Below are positions 1-11,953 of a stretch of DNA of 64,000 nucleotides, piece by piece; position 1 is the stretch's first letter, and each line of letters starts with the position of its first letter. This DNA comes from Paramecium tetraurelia (lineage: Eukaryota). A model generated the notes under the pieces. The model saw nothing but the letters and a program-made list of their open reading frames with translations. It had not been told where the DNA came from and made no database searches. The stretch is from positions 1-64,000 of the forward strand of contig CT868552.1 in the NCBI GenBank assembly GCA_000165425.1. Reading direction: 5' to 3'. The translations under genes and the position numbers were made by a program.

Positions 1-930
1 TCTGGTAGAGCAGATAAGTCTATCCGTTTATGGGATGTTAAGACAGGATAATAAAAAGCCAAATTAGATGGTCATTCAGATTAGGTAAGGTCAGTCAATT
101 TCTCTCCTGATGGTACTACATTAGCATCTGGTAGTGATGATAAGTCTATCCGTTTATGGGATGTTAGGACAGGATAATCAAAAGCCAAATAATATGGTCA
201 TTCAGATTAGGTAAGGTCAGTCAATTTCTCTCCTGATGGTACTACATTAGCATCTGGTAGTGATGATAAGTCTATCCGTTTATGGGATGTTAAGACAGGA
301 TAATAAAAAGCCAAATTAGATGGTCATTATTATTGTGTTGATTCAGTCAATTTCTCTCCTGATGGTACTACATTAGCATCTGGTAGTGAAGATAACTCTA
401 TCCGTTTATGGGATGTTAAGACAGGATAATAAAAAGCCAAATTAGATGGTCATTATTATTGTGTTGATTCAGTCAATTTCTCTCCTGACGGTACTACATT
501 AGCATCTTGTAGTGATGATAACTCTATCCGTTTATGGGATGTTAAGACAGGATAATAAAAAGCCAAATTAGATGGTCATTCAGATTAGGTAAGGTCAGTC
601 AATTTCTCTCCTGATGGTACTACATTAGCATCTGGTAGTTCAGATAAGTCTATCCGTTTATGGGATGTTAAGACAGGATAATAAAAAGCCAAATTAGATG
701 GTCATTCACATTATGTAATGTCAGTCAATTTCTCTCCTGATGGTACTACATTAGCATCTGGTAGTTCAGATAAGTCTATCCGTTTATGGGATGTTAAGAC
801 AGGATAATAAAAAGTCAAATTAGATGGTCATTCGCATTATGTAATTTCAGTCAATTTCTCTCCTGATGGTACTACATTAGCATCTGGTATTTCAGATAAC
901 TCTATCCGTTTATGGGATGTAAAAACATCA
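1..930 (+). repeat. Tandem array of 126-nt (42-codon) WD40 units, about 7.4 copies visible
   Basis: GGT CAT (Gly-His) recurs at 70, 196, 322, 448, 574, 700 and 826. The units are near-identical in DNA apart from a few codons. Confidence 0.95.
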
Positions 931-1206
931 AAGGAAATACTCCAATCAGATAAAGGCTACAAAGATCTACTTGCCCAGTTTAAAATACCACTTCAGAATA
1001 GTTCCTTATTGCCTAATGGTTTTTATTATTGATCATTTTTAGATAATCCATATTGCACGATACTTAGAATATGTTAGAATCCTTTGTTTGAAGCATCAGG
1101 AACACTTATCTTATAAGGACAATTTATTAATCATTAAGGAAAAGATTTAAAACCCTTGTTTAAATCCAAAGGGAGTTGCTTTTTAGAAGACTTAAAGCAA
1201 AAATGA
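1..1206 (+). CDS. WD40-repeat protein with highly conserved internal repeats, 3' part only (5' end outside the window); probably NACHT/pentapeptide-WD40 family
   Basis: Frame 1 in ciliate code reads [42 protein letters not shown] repeatedly. A 24-nt GT..AG intron lies at 1019-1042. The protein ends ...[20 protein letters not shown] with TGA at 1204-1206. Confidence 0.93.
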
Positions 1207-1699
1207 ATATGAAATATTCATTATGAACATTACAATTAAATTTTAATCAATTTCTTTTACTTATTTGAATCATATGGTTTTTGTTTAATTCCTCGATCTT
1301 CATTGTCTGATTTATTTTTACTGGAAAGTTTGATTCAAACCTTTTCAAAGTTAGAATACCAAAATAAATCAGTTAATTTTATGAAATTCTCTTTAGAAGT
1401 TCAAAAGTATATAAATAACAATTTTGTAATTTAAACCCTTTGAATCATTAATAAACTCTCTACAAGATAATGATGTTGCTTAAAATTATAGACTTTATTT
1501 CATAAATTTAAGATTTAAGCTATTGAAAAAGATAAGTGACAAAAGGAATTAAAAATTTCTTATTGATTGATTATCAAATTTATACACCATATTAATCAAT
1601 TTTTGCAAAAATTTATATATATAAGTGAATAATTAATTTAAAAATTCTATAACTTACAACCTTTCTAATCTATCTTCGAAAACTTCGCGTTTTTAACAC

Positions 1700-2500
1700 C
1701 TCATAGTATCCAAAACCATTTGCGTTCTTATTGGGTAAGCTTTCCATTTGTCAGACCATATTACTGGTGTCTTAAGGTCAGTATTATATGCCAGCCTTGA
1801 CCAAACCCATCTCAAAACACTGCCTATAATGGAAATCGAATAGTTACAAGCAGCTTATGATGTATATTTTGTGCAATCCTTTTTGCATTTAAGTCGTATG
1901 CAAGTGTAAATTAAGTGCATTTTTTTTGAAATATTAACGCCACAATTGGCAGATCTTTATTAAGAAGCGAGATAATTAGTATTCGTTTATTTAAGAATAT
2001 ATTTACTTGTGTTTTGCATTTAAGAAAAAGATAAAAAAAAATAAGCATATTTATAATACAGTCACTGGATTATCACATTTAAAAGTGTAACAGAGAATAG
2101 TAAAATAATACATAGATTGATGGAATTACCGAAAATTTGGTATAGAGTATATAAAAGAATCTTAAAAGAAATTCCTACATGATTTAAATGTATTTCCATC
2201 AGTATTCTATACAAATAAGAAGTGATACATTTAGGATTGCTGAAAGCACATTCTTTAGGGCAGGAGTAATAAGAAATAAAGGACCAGGGCATTAAATAGT
2301 GTGAGAAGAGCAATCAATTGGTTACATTCATAACATAGTTTCTTTGACAACCAAAACATTAGAGCATTGGAGTTAACATTAAAAATACACAATTACATAA
2401 TTTGGTAGCCAATACCAGTTACAGAAATGCGATATGATATCTTGTATGAAAGAATCTCTATAACAAACGAGTCAAATCTACCTTGATCAATATTAGCATG
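1700..2500 (-). pseudogene. Degenerate Cys-rich surface-protein-like remnant
   Basis: Minus-strand fragments such as KDCTKYTSQAACNYS and YYSCPKECAFSNPKCITSY, plus a hydrophobic segment LCIILLFSVTLLNVII. No continuous frame was found; boundaries are approximate. Confidence 0.35.
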
Positions 2501-5500
2501 TAACAAGGAGAACAGAAAACCTCAAATTCTCTTTAAGTTCCACAAAAATGAGTAGATTGAGGATCTTTATGTAAAGGAAACAGCGTATCGATAAATAATA
2601 TTGTCAAACTTTGGAACATTATCAATAAGCAGAGTAATTCAAACTTACACCATTATTAGTAGAACTCCTAGATATGCTAGATATTATGTCCAAACATTGC
2701 AAAAGAGTAACAAGGAATTAACAAATTAAATCGAAATTTTCGACTTAAAAAGATGGACAAGAATTGTTATAATTGAATATTAAGCAAACAGATGAATTAC
2801 ATGTTGATGATCAATGTGCTACAGCAGAACAACCAGCACACATTTTATAATTGAAAGCATTTCTGATTTACTCTAATAAGAAGAACTCTACTTCTTAAGG
2901 TAGCATGGGGGCTGACTGCATAAAATCCCCAGTTGTTTTATAATGGTGCAGTTTAAATTTATATTACATCGATCCCCAAATTCTCAGAATGCACATAATT
3001 TAGCTTCTCCTGTTTTTGGTCTGTATAAGTTTACTCGTCTTGTTCTAATTCTTAAGACTAAAATATTTGCTATAGAGAGACACTAGAATGAACAAATAAA
3101 GATAGTTAAATCAATGGCTTTAATGAGAATGAATTTGTCTTGTGCAAGTGCAAGCCACATGGCATCTTGAATAATTAACAAAGCTTTTAGCTCTAAGAAC
3201 CGCCACCGATCACTCAGCTGCTGATTCCTACGAATACATTATTAATCAACAATATATCTGAGAGTAAATAGCCAAATTATCAAGATTTTAAATGATTGCA
3301 AGTACATTTTAACAAACAGATATAGAGAAAACTATAATGTTTACAAAATCCATTATCAAATAGATAAGATTTAAAATTAACAGCGAAATATTAAATGTAA
3401 AAAGTGAAAATTAGCCAAATATGAGGATTTGCACAAGAATTGATAGTTGGTAAAAATTAGTAGCATTACCAAATGCTTAGCAAAACAATAATAGAAAGTT
3501 GAGTTAAATAAATGATGTTAGACAAGAACTTTTACATAAATTGCATTAATAATCTATAACGCTGACATATTATTAAATGTGAAAGTTATGCATGTGTTTT
3601 TAGTGTCACATATGGTTTTGACAATATAACTAATAATATATATCAACCATGAATATTAACATGAATTATAAACATCTTAATGCTGATATTTAACAATTTG
3701 CACATGCAGTTTCCTAAAAGTAGGCTTAAAATACATCCAGCCAAATGATTACATTAGACACTCACTTTGAGCATTTATATAATGTAGATATAGAATTGCC
3801 ATCTAGAGATCAATAACTGTCTTATAGTAGAGGAAGGCTGATATCTACAAATTGTCAGTTTTTTTTCACCTCTTGTTAGCTCATAGTGCAATAAATTTAG
3901 AATGAATTTAGGTTCATATTTATTCTTCTAACCTAGCAGCAGGGTATGTTGTACAATTATCTGATCTGTTATAAAAAAATATCAGAATTGTAGTTTGAAA
4001 TTTTATTGACTAGGCTTATATCTAAATAGCACAAGAAAATTATAATAAGTCATATCGGCAAGTAGAATATGCATATATAGGACACTAGACAAAATGTCGA
4101 GTTTATAAAGGTTACAATTCATTGATAGAATTAACACAAACACCCCATTTTACAATAGTGATTTTTAGGAGATGGATTAAAATACTCAAAATTGTTTGAA
4201 GCAATACCTGATGCAGTTGCTAAATACTCATGTGATAAAAATATGTATATAAATACATTAGGCCTATTTACATTTTAAATCAGTAGTGTGGTACATAATT
4301 TACATTTTAGAGTAGAGTCAGTTGATACACATTTTCACCTAATTTAGCAGATCAATTACATTTTCCTTCTGTAATCACAAGCTGTTTCAAATGGCATTAT
4401 CAAAGTTTTAGTTGGTTAAAATTGAATTTAAATAACAGCCACTAAAAGTATCAACAGCAATAGCACAAGCAAAGAAGCAACTTAAAATTAATTATAAGAA
4501 ATACAACAAGACAGAAGGGGAAGTTACTGAGGACTTTAGTTAGGACTTCAGCATTTTCAAAATGTTAAATAATAAACTCTAGAAATATTTAAATAAAGAA
4601 ATATTTAAATAAATATCTTTTGGAGCGACAAATTTTATCATAAATTTTGAGAACGTCTCATAAAATATGTGGCTATGTAATTACGTTATCTCGCAGTAAT
4701 CCACAAGCCAACATGACTCTATAATGTAAGAGATGAGTAATAAGACATTAATAGCTTGATTTGTTAGAGAAATGCTTAATGTTCTTATGATAAATATTGA
4801 AAATATGAGCCAACTAAACGACAATCCATTCTTGTTGATGCGCATCTTTTACAATTCGCAAGCTCGGCCCCATATAAATAAAATCAGCGAAAAGATAAAG
4901 AGACGATCTTATTTATTCAATTCAAACACAAATTCTTTTTGGTGAATTGTCATAATATTGCATAATTAATATGAATTTGAATTTACCAGATAGGCAAATT
5001 TGTGCTCTGTATCAAGTAGATACCGTGCTATTCTTAAGATAGAAGTTACAAAATTTATTCCAATAACATACAAGCGTAGATGTTGTAAATTTGAGGTAAA
5101 TTTACAATATGAATTATGAGGAGAAATTGAATTCGAAATGATCAGGAAGCCAGTATCAGTAAATCACTAACAGGATGGATAAACAATTCCGACGAAGAAT
5201 AATAGATTACTAGCAAATAAGCATTTAATTATTTATAGAACAGACTTACATATCTATAGCTGTAAAAATTAGTTGACGCAAGTAAAAATAAGGAAACAGA
5301 GCATAGAGACTATTATCAGCACATAGAGCGACTGAATAAGTCTTAGATATAGTTTCACACAACCCTGATAATTAAGTTGCAAAATAAATTTTTTATATGC
5401 ATTACTATGATTAAAAATATGAATATAGAAGATCTTGATAGTCAAGTTATTATGACTTCCGTTAAAAATTGTCTTGAATAGAAGGCTAAAGATTTTTAGG

Positions 5501-6059
5501 ATAAATAAGATTTAAATGATCCTTGTGCGATACATATAGAAGAACTTTTAATTTCTCACAAGAGAAACAAAGAAAAATCTATTAGGATAGAGGTATAAAT
5601 GGTGTAGGCATGAGTCACAATTATAATTTTGGTAACAAAGATCTTCAAATATTCGAATTTCTATGGTGCAAAGGAATATATAAAGAAACTGAATAAGTTG
5701 ATCGATATTGGAGGCAAGCGCAGATTCTATTGAGATATTTATGTGTGCAGGTTACTATAATCAAGTGGATAAGTCTGTTTGTCGATAAACTGATTTAATT
5801 TTCATAAGGAGATACCACAGATAGAACCATTAGCATTATTGCCATCTCACTATGAAGGCAAGCATAAAAAGTAAGTATTTTTAACACTATTAATTGAGTA
5901 ACATTGAAAGAGTATTCGTAAGGTCAAGTTATATATGTAATCTTAATCATCATTTACTATCACTTAACGCTAGGTCTACCTTCACTATTATGGGTTCCAC
6001 TAAAGCTTGATATAAATTAAACTAATTTAACTATACATACATTCAAAAAAAGGTTAATT

Positions 6060-7555
6060 TGGAACATTTATTGTTTAATGATGTATCTGACAAATTTTAA
6101 ATGAGAAGAAGATTGAGCACATTTAGCATCATAAATGTATGCAGCAATGCAATCTGCGTAAGTGAGTAAGTTTTTACAGAATGAAGTTTCAAGCAAATTA
6201 TTTCTAAGATTTAGACTTGGGTATTATAACCATCTATTTTACTATATGATCGGAATACCATCTAGAGCATCGCCCCATAACTGCTCAAGTTTTCAAAGGT
6301 TCAGTTCATTAAACGCATAAGAGGAGTGGTAGCGGTATCTAAAACATTTCAACATCCTTACCTTGTGGCAGAATATTCACACTGCTTCATAAAATTAAAA
6401 GCTGTATGATTTTTGGAAGTAAGGATATGATGGGAATGCATTAGGAACACTTGTAAAATTGTTCTCACAAGATTGCCACTTTAATAAGAATCTCTATTAC
6501 TTGTGAAAGTAGAACTTGTTATAGACATTTTCTCACAAGCCTACCAAAACAAGTATATGAGCCACTGGGTGCATCACCATTTAAAGCATTAACAGTCAAG
6601 GCAAATTAAATTTAAGGAGATGGATGATACTAGTTAAAACAAGAAATATCCTAACCAATCTAACGTGTAATGCATCGTTAGAAACAGAAGATTTTTATTT
6701 AATGCCAAGGAGAAATTCATCGAAACCTAAAAATATCAATAAACCTATGCTGATGGATGTGTTTGAAATTCATTCTAGCACAAGAAGCAAGTGAAGTTCC
6801 TGCTTATGGATGAAATTTAGAGGATCCAAGTATCAGACTTTATTTATGAATGGTTTATAAATTAAGTAACTTCCAGATCACTTCTGGCAAGAACCATTCA
6901 AATAATAAAGGTGACCTGAGGCATCTATCTGCAAGTGAGTTTGGTGAGCATCTTCCAGTAGTCCTATTTCTTATAATAATTTGGATGATATAGGTTTACG
7001 GCTCCAAATTATACCATAAGAAGGTGTATTAATCGCCAATTAATGCTTGTATTCAGAATGTGCTATGTGCTAGAACACCTAAGTTAGGAATTAAGCTTAT
7101 TTAGGCTAGCATTAGAATTGAGGAATACAAAAGAACTAATGCACCAATTTTTCTTGTGTCAACTCCATGATATAGACTAATATTTATTCCACCAATTAAC
7201 ATGCAACTTGTGCTGCATGGCATTCACAACATCAATCATCATAGATTCATTCATTGCTCTAGTACAATAAAATTCATAAATAATCTTAACAAGCGCGCAA
7301 AGTTGTAATATTTAAAATAGGACCTTAAAGGATATATCAAGGCAAGCATTGAAAAAGAAATATGAAGAGATGTTTAAGTAATATTAAAGATGCTAGTATT
7401 ATAAAGACAGGTGACACAATTGTTAAAGCAAACTATAAATAGTTGGATGCTGTAAAAAATGTCTGTCGATGCGTTTTTGATGTAGTACATCAATTTACTC
7501 AGAGTCGCTGATAACAGTTGCTAGTTCCAGAAACTGTTAATAAAGCACCGTAATA
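6060..7555 (-). pseudogene. Degenerate Cys-rich surface-antigen-like remnant
   Basis: Minus-strand fragments CFNNCVTCLYNTS and ETSFCKNLLTYADCIAAYIYDAKCAQSS, broken by frame changes and TGA. It abuts the WD40 pseudogene at ~7557. Confidence 0.45.
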
Positions 7556-7556
7556 C

Positions 7557-10500
7557 ATTATATATAAATGAATTTATAGAATATTAGAAATTATATTCGT
7601 TAATTATTTCAATTGATATTTCTTTATCCTATCTATTGATACGTAAAATTTGAAATTTTTCTTGATAAGATGATGTTAACTCATCTTTTGATTAAAATGA
7701 AATCCATTCTCCTCTATATTTATTCTAAGTGTCATTCATAACTTAATTTTAAAGATTAAAGATTACATAAATCATATATTTATAAATAAGGGGACAAATT
7801 AGCTAAATATCTGCTATCAGGTGAATATCAACATATATTGTTATTTTCAAACTTGCTGTCCTATTGTATAATATCTTCTCTAATAATTGTAGGGTCTAAA
7901 TTATGAGAGCAATCTCATTTTTAGAAATTAGTTCCATTATTAAATTCATATTTTTGTGATCAAAAAACATCCTACCTATTTTGTTTGTTATTGAACAATC
8001 AAAATTATTCTATTTTTTTCTCTTTTATAATCATAAAATATTTATATTCTTAATTAAAATTGTAGGTTGTGATATAGTCGAAACACCCAAACGTTTATTT
8101 TCTAAATTTTCTTTTATTTAATAAAGTAAAATATAAATATTATGACAAATTACTAAATACTAATCATTAAGAGAGAACCAAATATATGACATCTCACCCT
8201 CAAAAATAGATATTTCTAAATCCAATGTAATTATAGTTTTGTTTTCACCTTTTATTAGTATGACTTCAATAAAATCTAATGATAGTTCATTTATTTTTCA
8301 CCCTTTATGACAACAGCAAAAATATCATCATCCCATATCAATAAACTCATTTAATTCTAATTCATTAAGAATTTTAGGTTTTAGGAAAATTCAAACAAGC
8401 TCTTGATATTAAAATTTCAGATAGAGTAACTATGATGGAAGACTATTCTGCTGCTATGTCTCATTCTCTTACAGTTCGATCTTCATATAGGGCATATAAC
8501 TTATTAGAATCTTTTGAAGAAAAAGATATAATTTTTTATTAAACATTCATTCAACAATAGTTGTCTACATTTTGATGGATCATTTATATCCCATACTAAT
8601 ATACTAATATGAGATTGCCAAAATAATTTTCATCAATTGAATCTAAACAAGCCAAATATTTAAATCCCTAGATAATTAAATATAACCAGGGTTTATAGTG
8701 TTGAATTCCTTGATATTTTATTAATTATTAATAACAAAGAGCTTAATGTCTCTAGCATTTTTAACTACTGCAATTTAAAGTTAAATCATATGACTTATAA
8801 ATTCTACGTGACCAAAAATCTTTAAAAATAGTTTAAAATTAATAAAATATTTTCTCTCCTCCTTAAATAGTTGTTAAAAATTCTAGATTTTGTTTTTAAT
8901 TAATCAATTATTGATTTTGTCGAATATAAAAATTTATTATCTGGCGAAAATTGAAATATAATCTGTGGGATCTATGCTAAGAGACTTTTACACCACGGAT
9001 TATAATAGTTTTTTTAGAAAGCATATTAAACTGCCATATTTCTTTTTTAAACATAAGATTAAATTACCATCTTTAGAACTTTATATTTACTTAATTTCTT
9101 ATTATTACGGATCTAAGCTGATTTATTCTTATGTTTCCAAATTTAAAATTTTCAATATTCCTTTTTCATTATAGATAACTTAATCATTTCCAATAAAACT
9201 AAATTGGTTTGAATTTGTATTAATTACATAAAATTTTCTCTTTTTGTTATTTTTCAATTTACTCAAACTCCCACTTTATAATTATGTCTTAATTAGAAAT
9301 CACGAATAAATATTATTCTTATTTTGAGATGCTGATGGAATGAATAGGACAGTAAAGTTCTTCTCTTATGTAAACAAACTTAGCGACTTAAGGAATTTCA
9401 ATATTCCATAATATTTTTATTCCATCATTATCTCCTGAAACTAAATATTTAGAACAATGAGAAAATTCCAAACATTTAACCTATGTCTCATGTTTTTTTA
9501 GTTGAATAATCAATTTTTTATCAATAACATCCCAAAGAAATATTGGAGCATCAGATGCAGATGCAAGTAATTAACCATCCTAAGAATATGCAATAGAAGT
9601 TATTGGATTTGAATGAGCTTGTTGAATCTCAAAGGATTCATTCTGCTTAATAGCCCAAAGTTTTATTAATCTGTCCTTACCCCCAAAAGCAAGAACTCCC
9701 TCAGATGGCGAAGCTGTCAAGTATGTGATTGTATCTTAATGTCCCTTTAGAGTTCCAACATTCTTTTTAGCCTTGATATCCCAAAATATTAGATTATTCT
9801 ACTTTGTACTTACGGCTAGCCGCTATTATTGCGGTAAGTAATTAAATAGGTTATATCTTAAATTGTTATAATTTCAGTAGAAGCCTTTGTTGAAACCTAA
9901 AATAACAAGATTTTATCCACAAAGAAATCCTTTTCAATAATTTTTAAAGAATAAGTCTTGATATTATTTAACTTAAAGAGTATTTATGTTCCAAAACTGT
10001 TCAGGTCCAAAGTATATATCGATTAAAAATTCAAAAAAAAAGTATACTTTGTCTTCATCTGGAGTTAATTTGAAGTCCATTTGACATTGGTATCCTGTAA
10101 AACTAATCTATATAATGTAATTTAAGCTAATGAGATTGATAATTCTGAATGAATTTCTTTCATTATCCAGAATAGCGAGTTATTATTATTATTATCTATT
10201 AGAACTACCATGTTTGTAAAATAGTTACACTAGTCCACACCAATAATTATTTATATCACTTTCGTTTTCTACTATTACTTTATCATACATTCCTCTTCAA
10301 ATGATTTTTATTTTTTTCCTATAGAAAATACTTATATCCTAGAATGTTATATTAAAGTCAATCCTGAGCCATCACTTGCAAATGTTAATTAGCAATTTTA
10401 CATAAACATTTATAAATCAAATTTGCTAAAAATTTTTATACTGTTTTTTTTAAATTAAAGTAAAATAAGTTGTGATTATGTACAAATTACAATCTAGTCA

Positions 10501-10690
10501 TTTTCCATCGCAATAAGCAAAAGCTCTGACATCTTCATTAAACTCATGTATTTATTTTTTATTCATCCAATTAACCTAAAGTTATCTTGATTGGGCGATA
10601 TAAATTTTATTTTAGTTTGACACAAATCCTTGTATAATGTCTTCTTTTGAATTAATGGGTAATGCAAATTAAACATTGAACAAGTCTTTG
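7557..10690 (-). pseudogene. Inverted partial pseudogene copy of the WD40 region (~43693-46835) of the NACHT-WD40 gene
   Basis: Colinear reverse-complement similarity checked at both ends and several internal blocks (e.g. 9601-9780 vs ~44612-44791; 7570-7680 vs ~46713-46825). Cys codons are changed to TGA at 7828-7830 and 10297-10299. There are 1-nt indels near 9225 and 9843 and a 12-nt deletion near 9918. Confidence 0.92.
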
Positions 10691-11832
10691 GCCAATAAGA
10701 AGCAGCGCATCGATTTGCATCTATAATTCCCATATTCTTATAACTAAATCACTTAACACTATAGGCTGCTGCTATAAGTTCAGAACAAAAAAATGACTTT
10801 ACATCTTTTTCTAGATCATGAATAGATTCATTTGATTTTGTCAATCTTTTTATCAATTTACTTGGTGACATCTGATATCTTTTGCCAATTGATCCCTAAG
10901 CTATAAACCTATTATGAACCTTGACAAATTATTCAAGTTTTTCAAAAAGTTGATTTGATCTATTGATTTCTAATCATCTATATATCAACTATGAGTACAA
11001 CGTGCGCCAATTATTTCTCATAAAAGCATCCCAACTTAAATGATTAACACTCTAAATCTTATATATTTAAAATTACTGTTTATCTCATCGATTCAAATAA
11101 AAATAATTCTCCATTATTATCTCGAAGTAATAAAGCGACATGATCAAAATTATCCCCAGTAAAAGCTCTTTAGATTTTACTTAATGGAGACTGATCCCTA
11201 ATAAAATTAACTTGAGTAGTCACCTAAATAATAGAATGTCGCCAGTATCGGCTTTCTTTCTGAAATAAGTTTCATTTACTCTCTCAAATTTCCACATCGA
11301 CTCATGATTCAAAGGTGTCATTTTTGGATAGGATTATTTAATCAAAATATGTTGTTTGATACAACGATACCAATCTTACAAATCCTTATGATCTACACTC
11401 AAAATAAAATATCTTCTTAATTCCATTCTTTTTTAATATTGATGCATAAAATTACCTTATTTTATATATTAGATTATTCTTCATGATAGGAGTAATCGAA
11501 ACAGAAATCAAATGAAAATCTATGCAACCCTTAAATTTGTCTGAACCTTTAAAATATAGCATTTTCCCATCTTAAATCTTAACATATCGTTTCTAATAGA
11601 TATATTAGAATCTTACCTGCCACCTTACAAGTAACTTAGGACTCTTTTTCTTTAACCATCCTTCTTTGTTATTAATATCTAATTGATTGACTCCCTTTAT
11701 TTGATTATTAGCTGATATTGAGTATTGGAGTTTCTTTTCCAAAGCTCTTTCCTGCCTAAAATAAGATTAGTATTGTTGTTCTTCATTTTAGAGTATTTCA
11801 GATTTATCAATTGTAGAAGGAGTTTGATTCAT
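10691..11832 (-). pseudogene. PH domain plus permuted papain-like (NlpC/P60, YiiX-type) amidase; premature stop and replaced 3' end
   Basis: ATG at 11832. PH segment KEGWLKKKSPKLLVRWQKRYVKI; permuted papain motifs TGDILLF, FDHVALL (His) and FFCSELIAAAY (Cys). Several tiny introns. In-frame TGA at 10974-10976 (LIYR*LEI). The sequence switches to WD40-derived DNA right after SYWP. Confidence 0.8.
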
Positions 11833-11953
11833 TATTGCAATTAATAAATCCAATATTTTTATATATATATTTTATTCATCTTTCACTCATGAATATATTA
11901 AATTACTTAAAAAATAACGAAATAAATTATTATAAATAATACCCATATAAACC

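Noticed and set aside
1..930. 126-nt repeat array as a CRISPR array or satellite
   Set aside because: The period is exactly 42 codons, it translates as WD40, there are no unique spacers, and the context is eukaryotic.
10737..10763. 21-nt TATA-flanked insertion in the papain-like gene (AAAY|KNMG) as a retained IES
   Set aside because: One end resembles TAYAG, but 21 bp is below the ~26-bp minimum for Paramecium IESs. A damaged intron in a decaying gene is simpler.
10974..10976. In-frame TGA as selenocysteine or readthrough
   Set aside because: It is not at the catalytic Cys, it is plausibly an Arg codon mutated to TGA, and the gene has other lesions.
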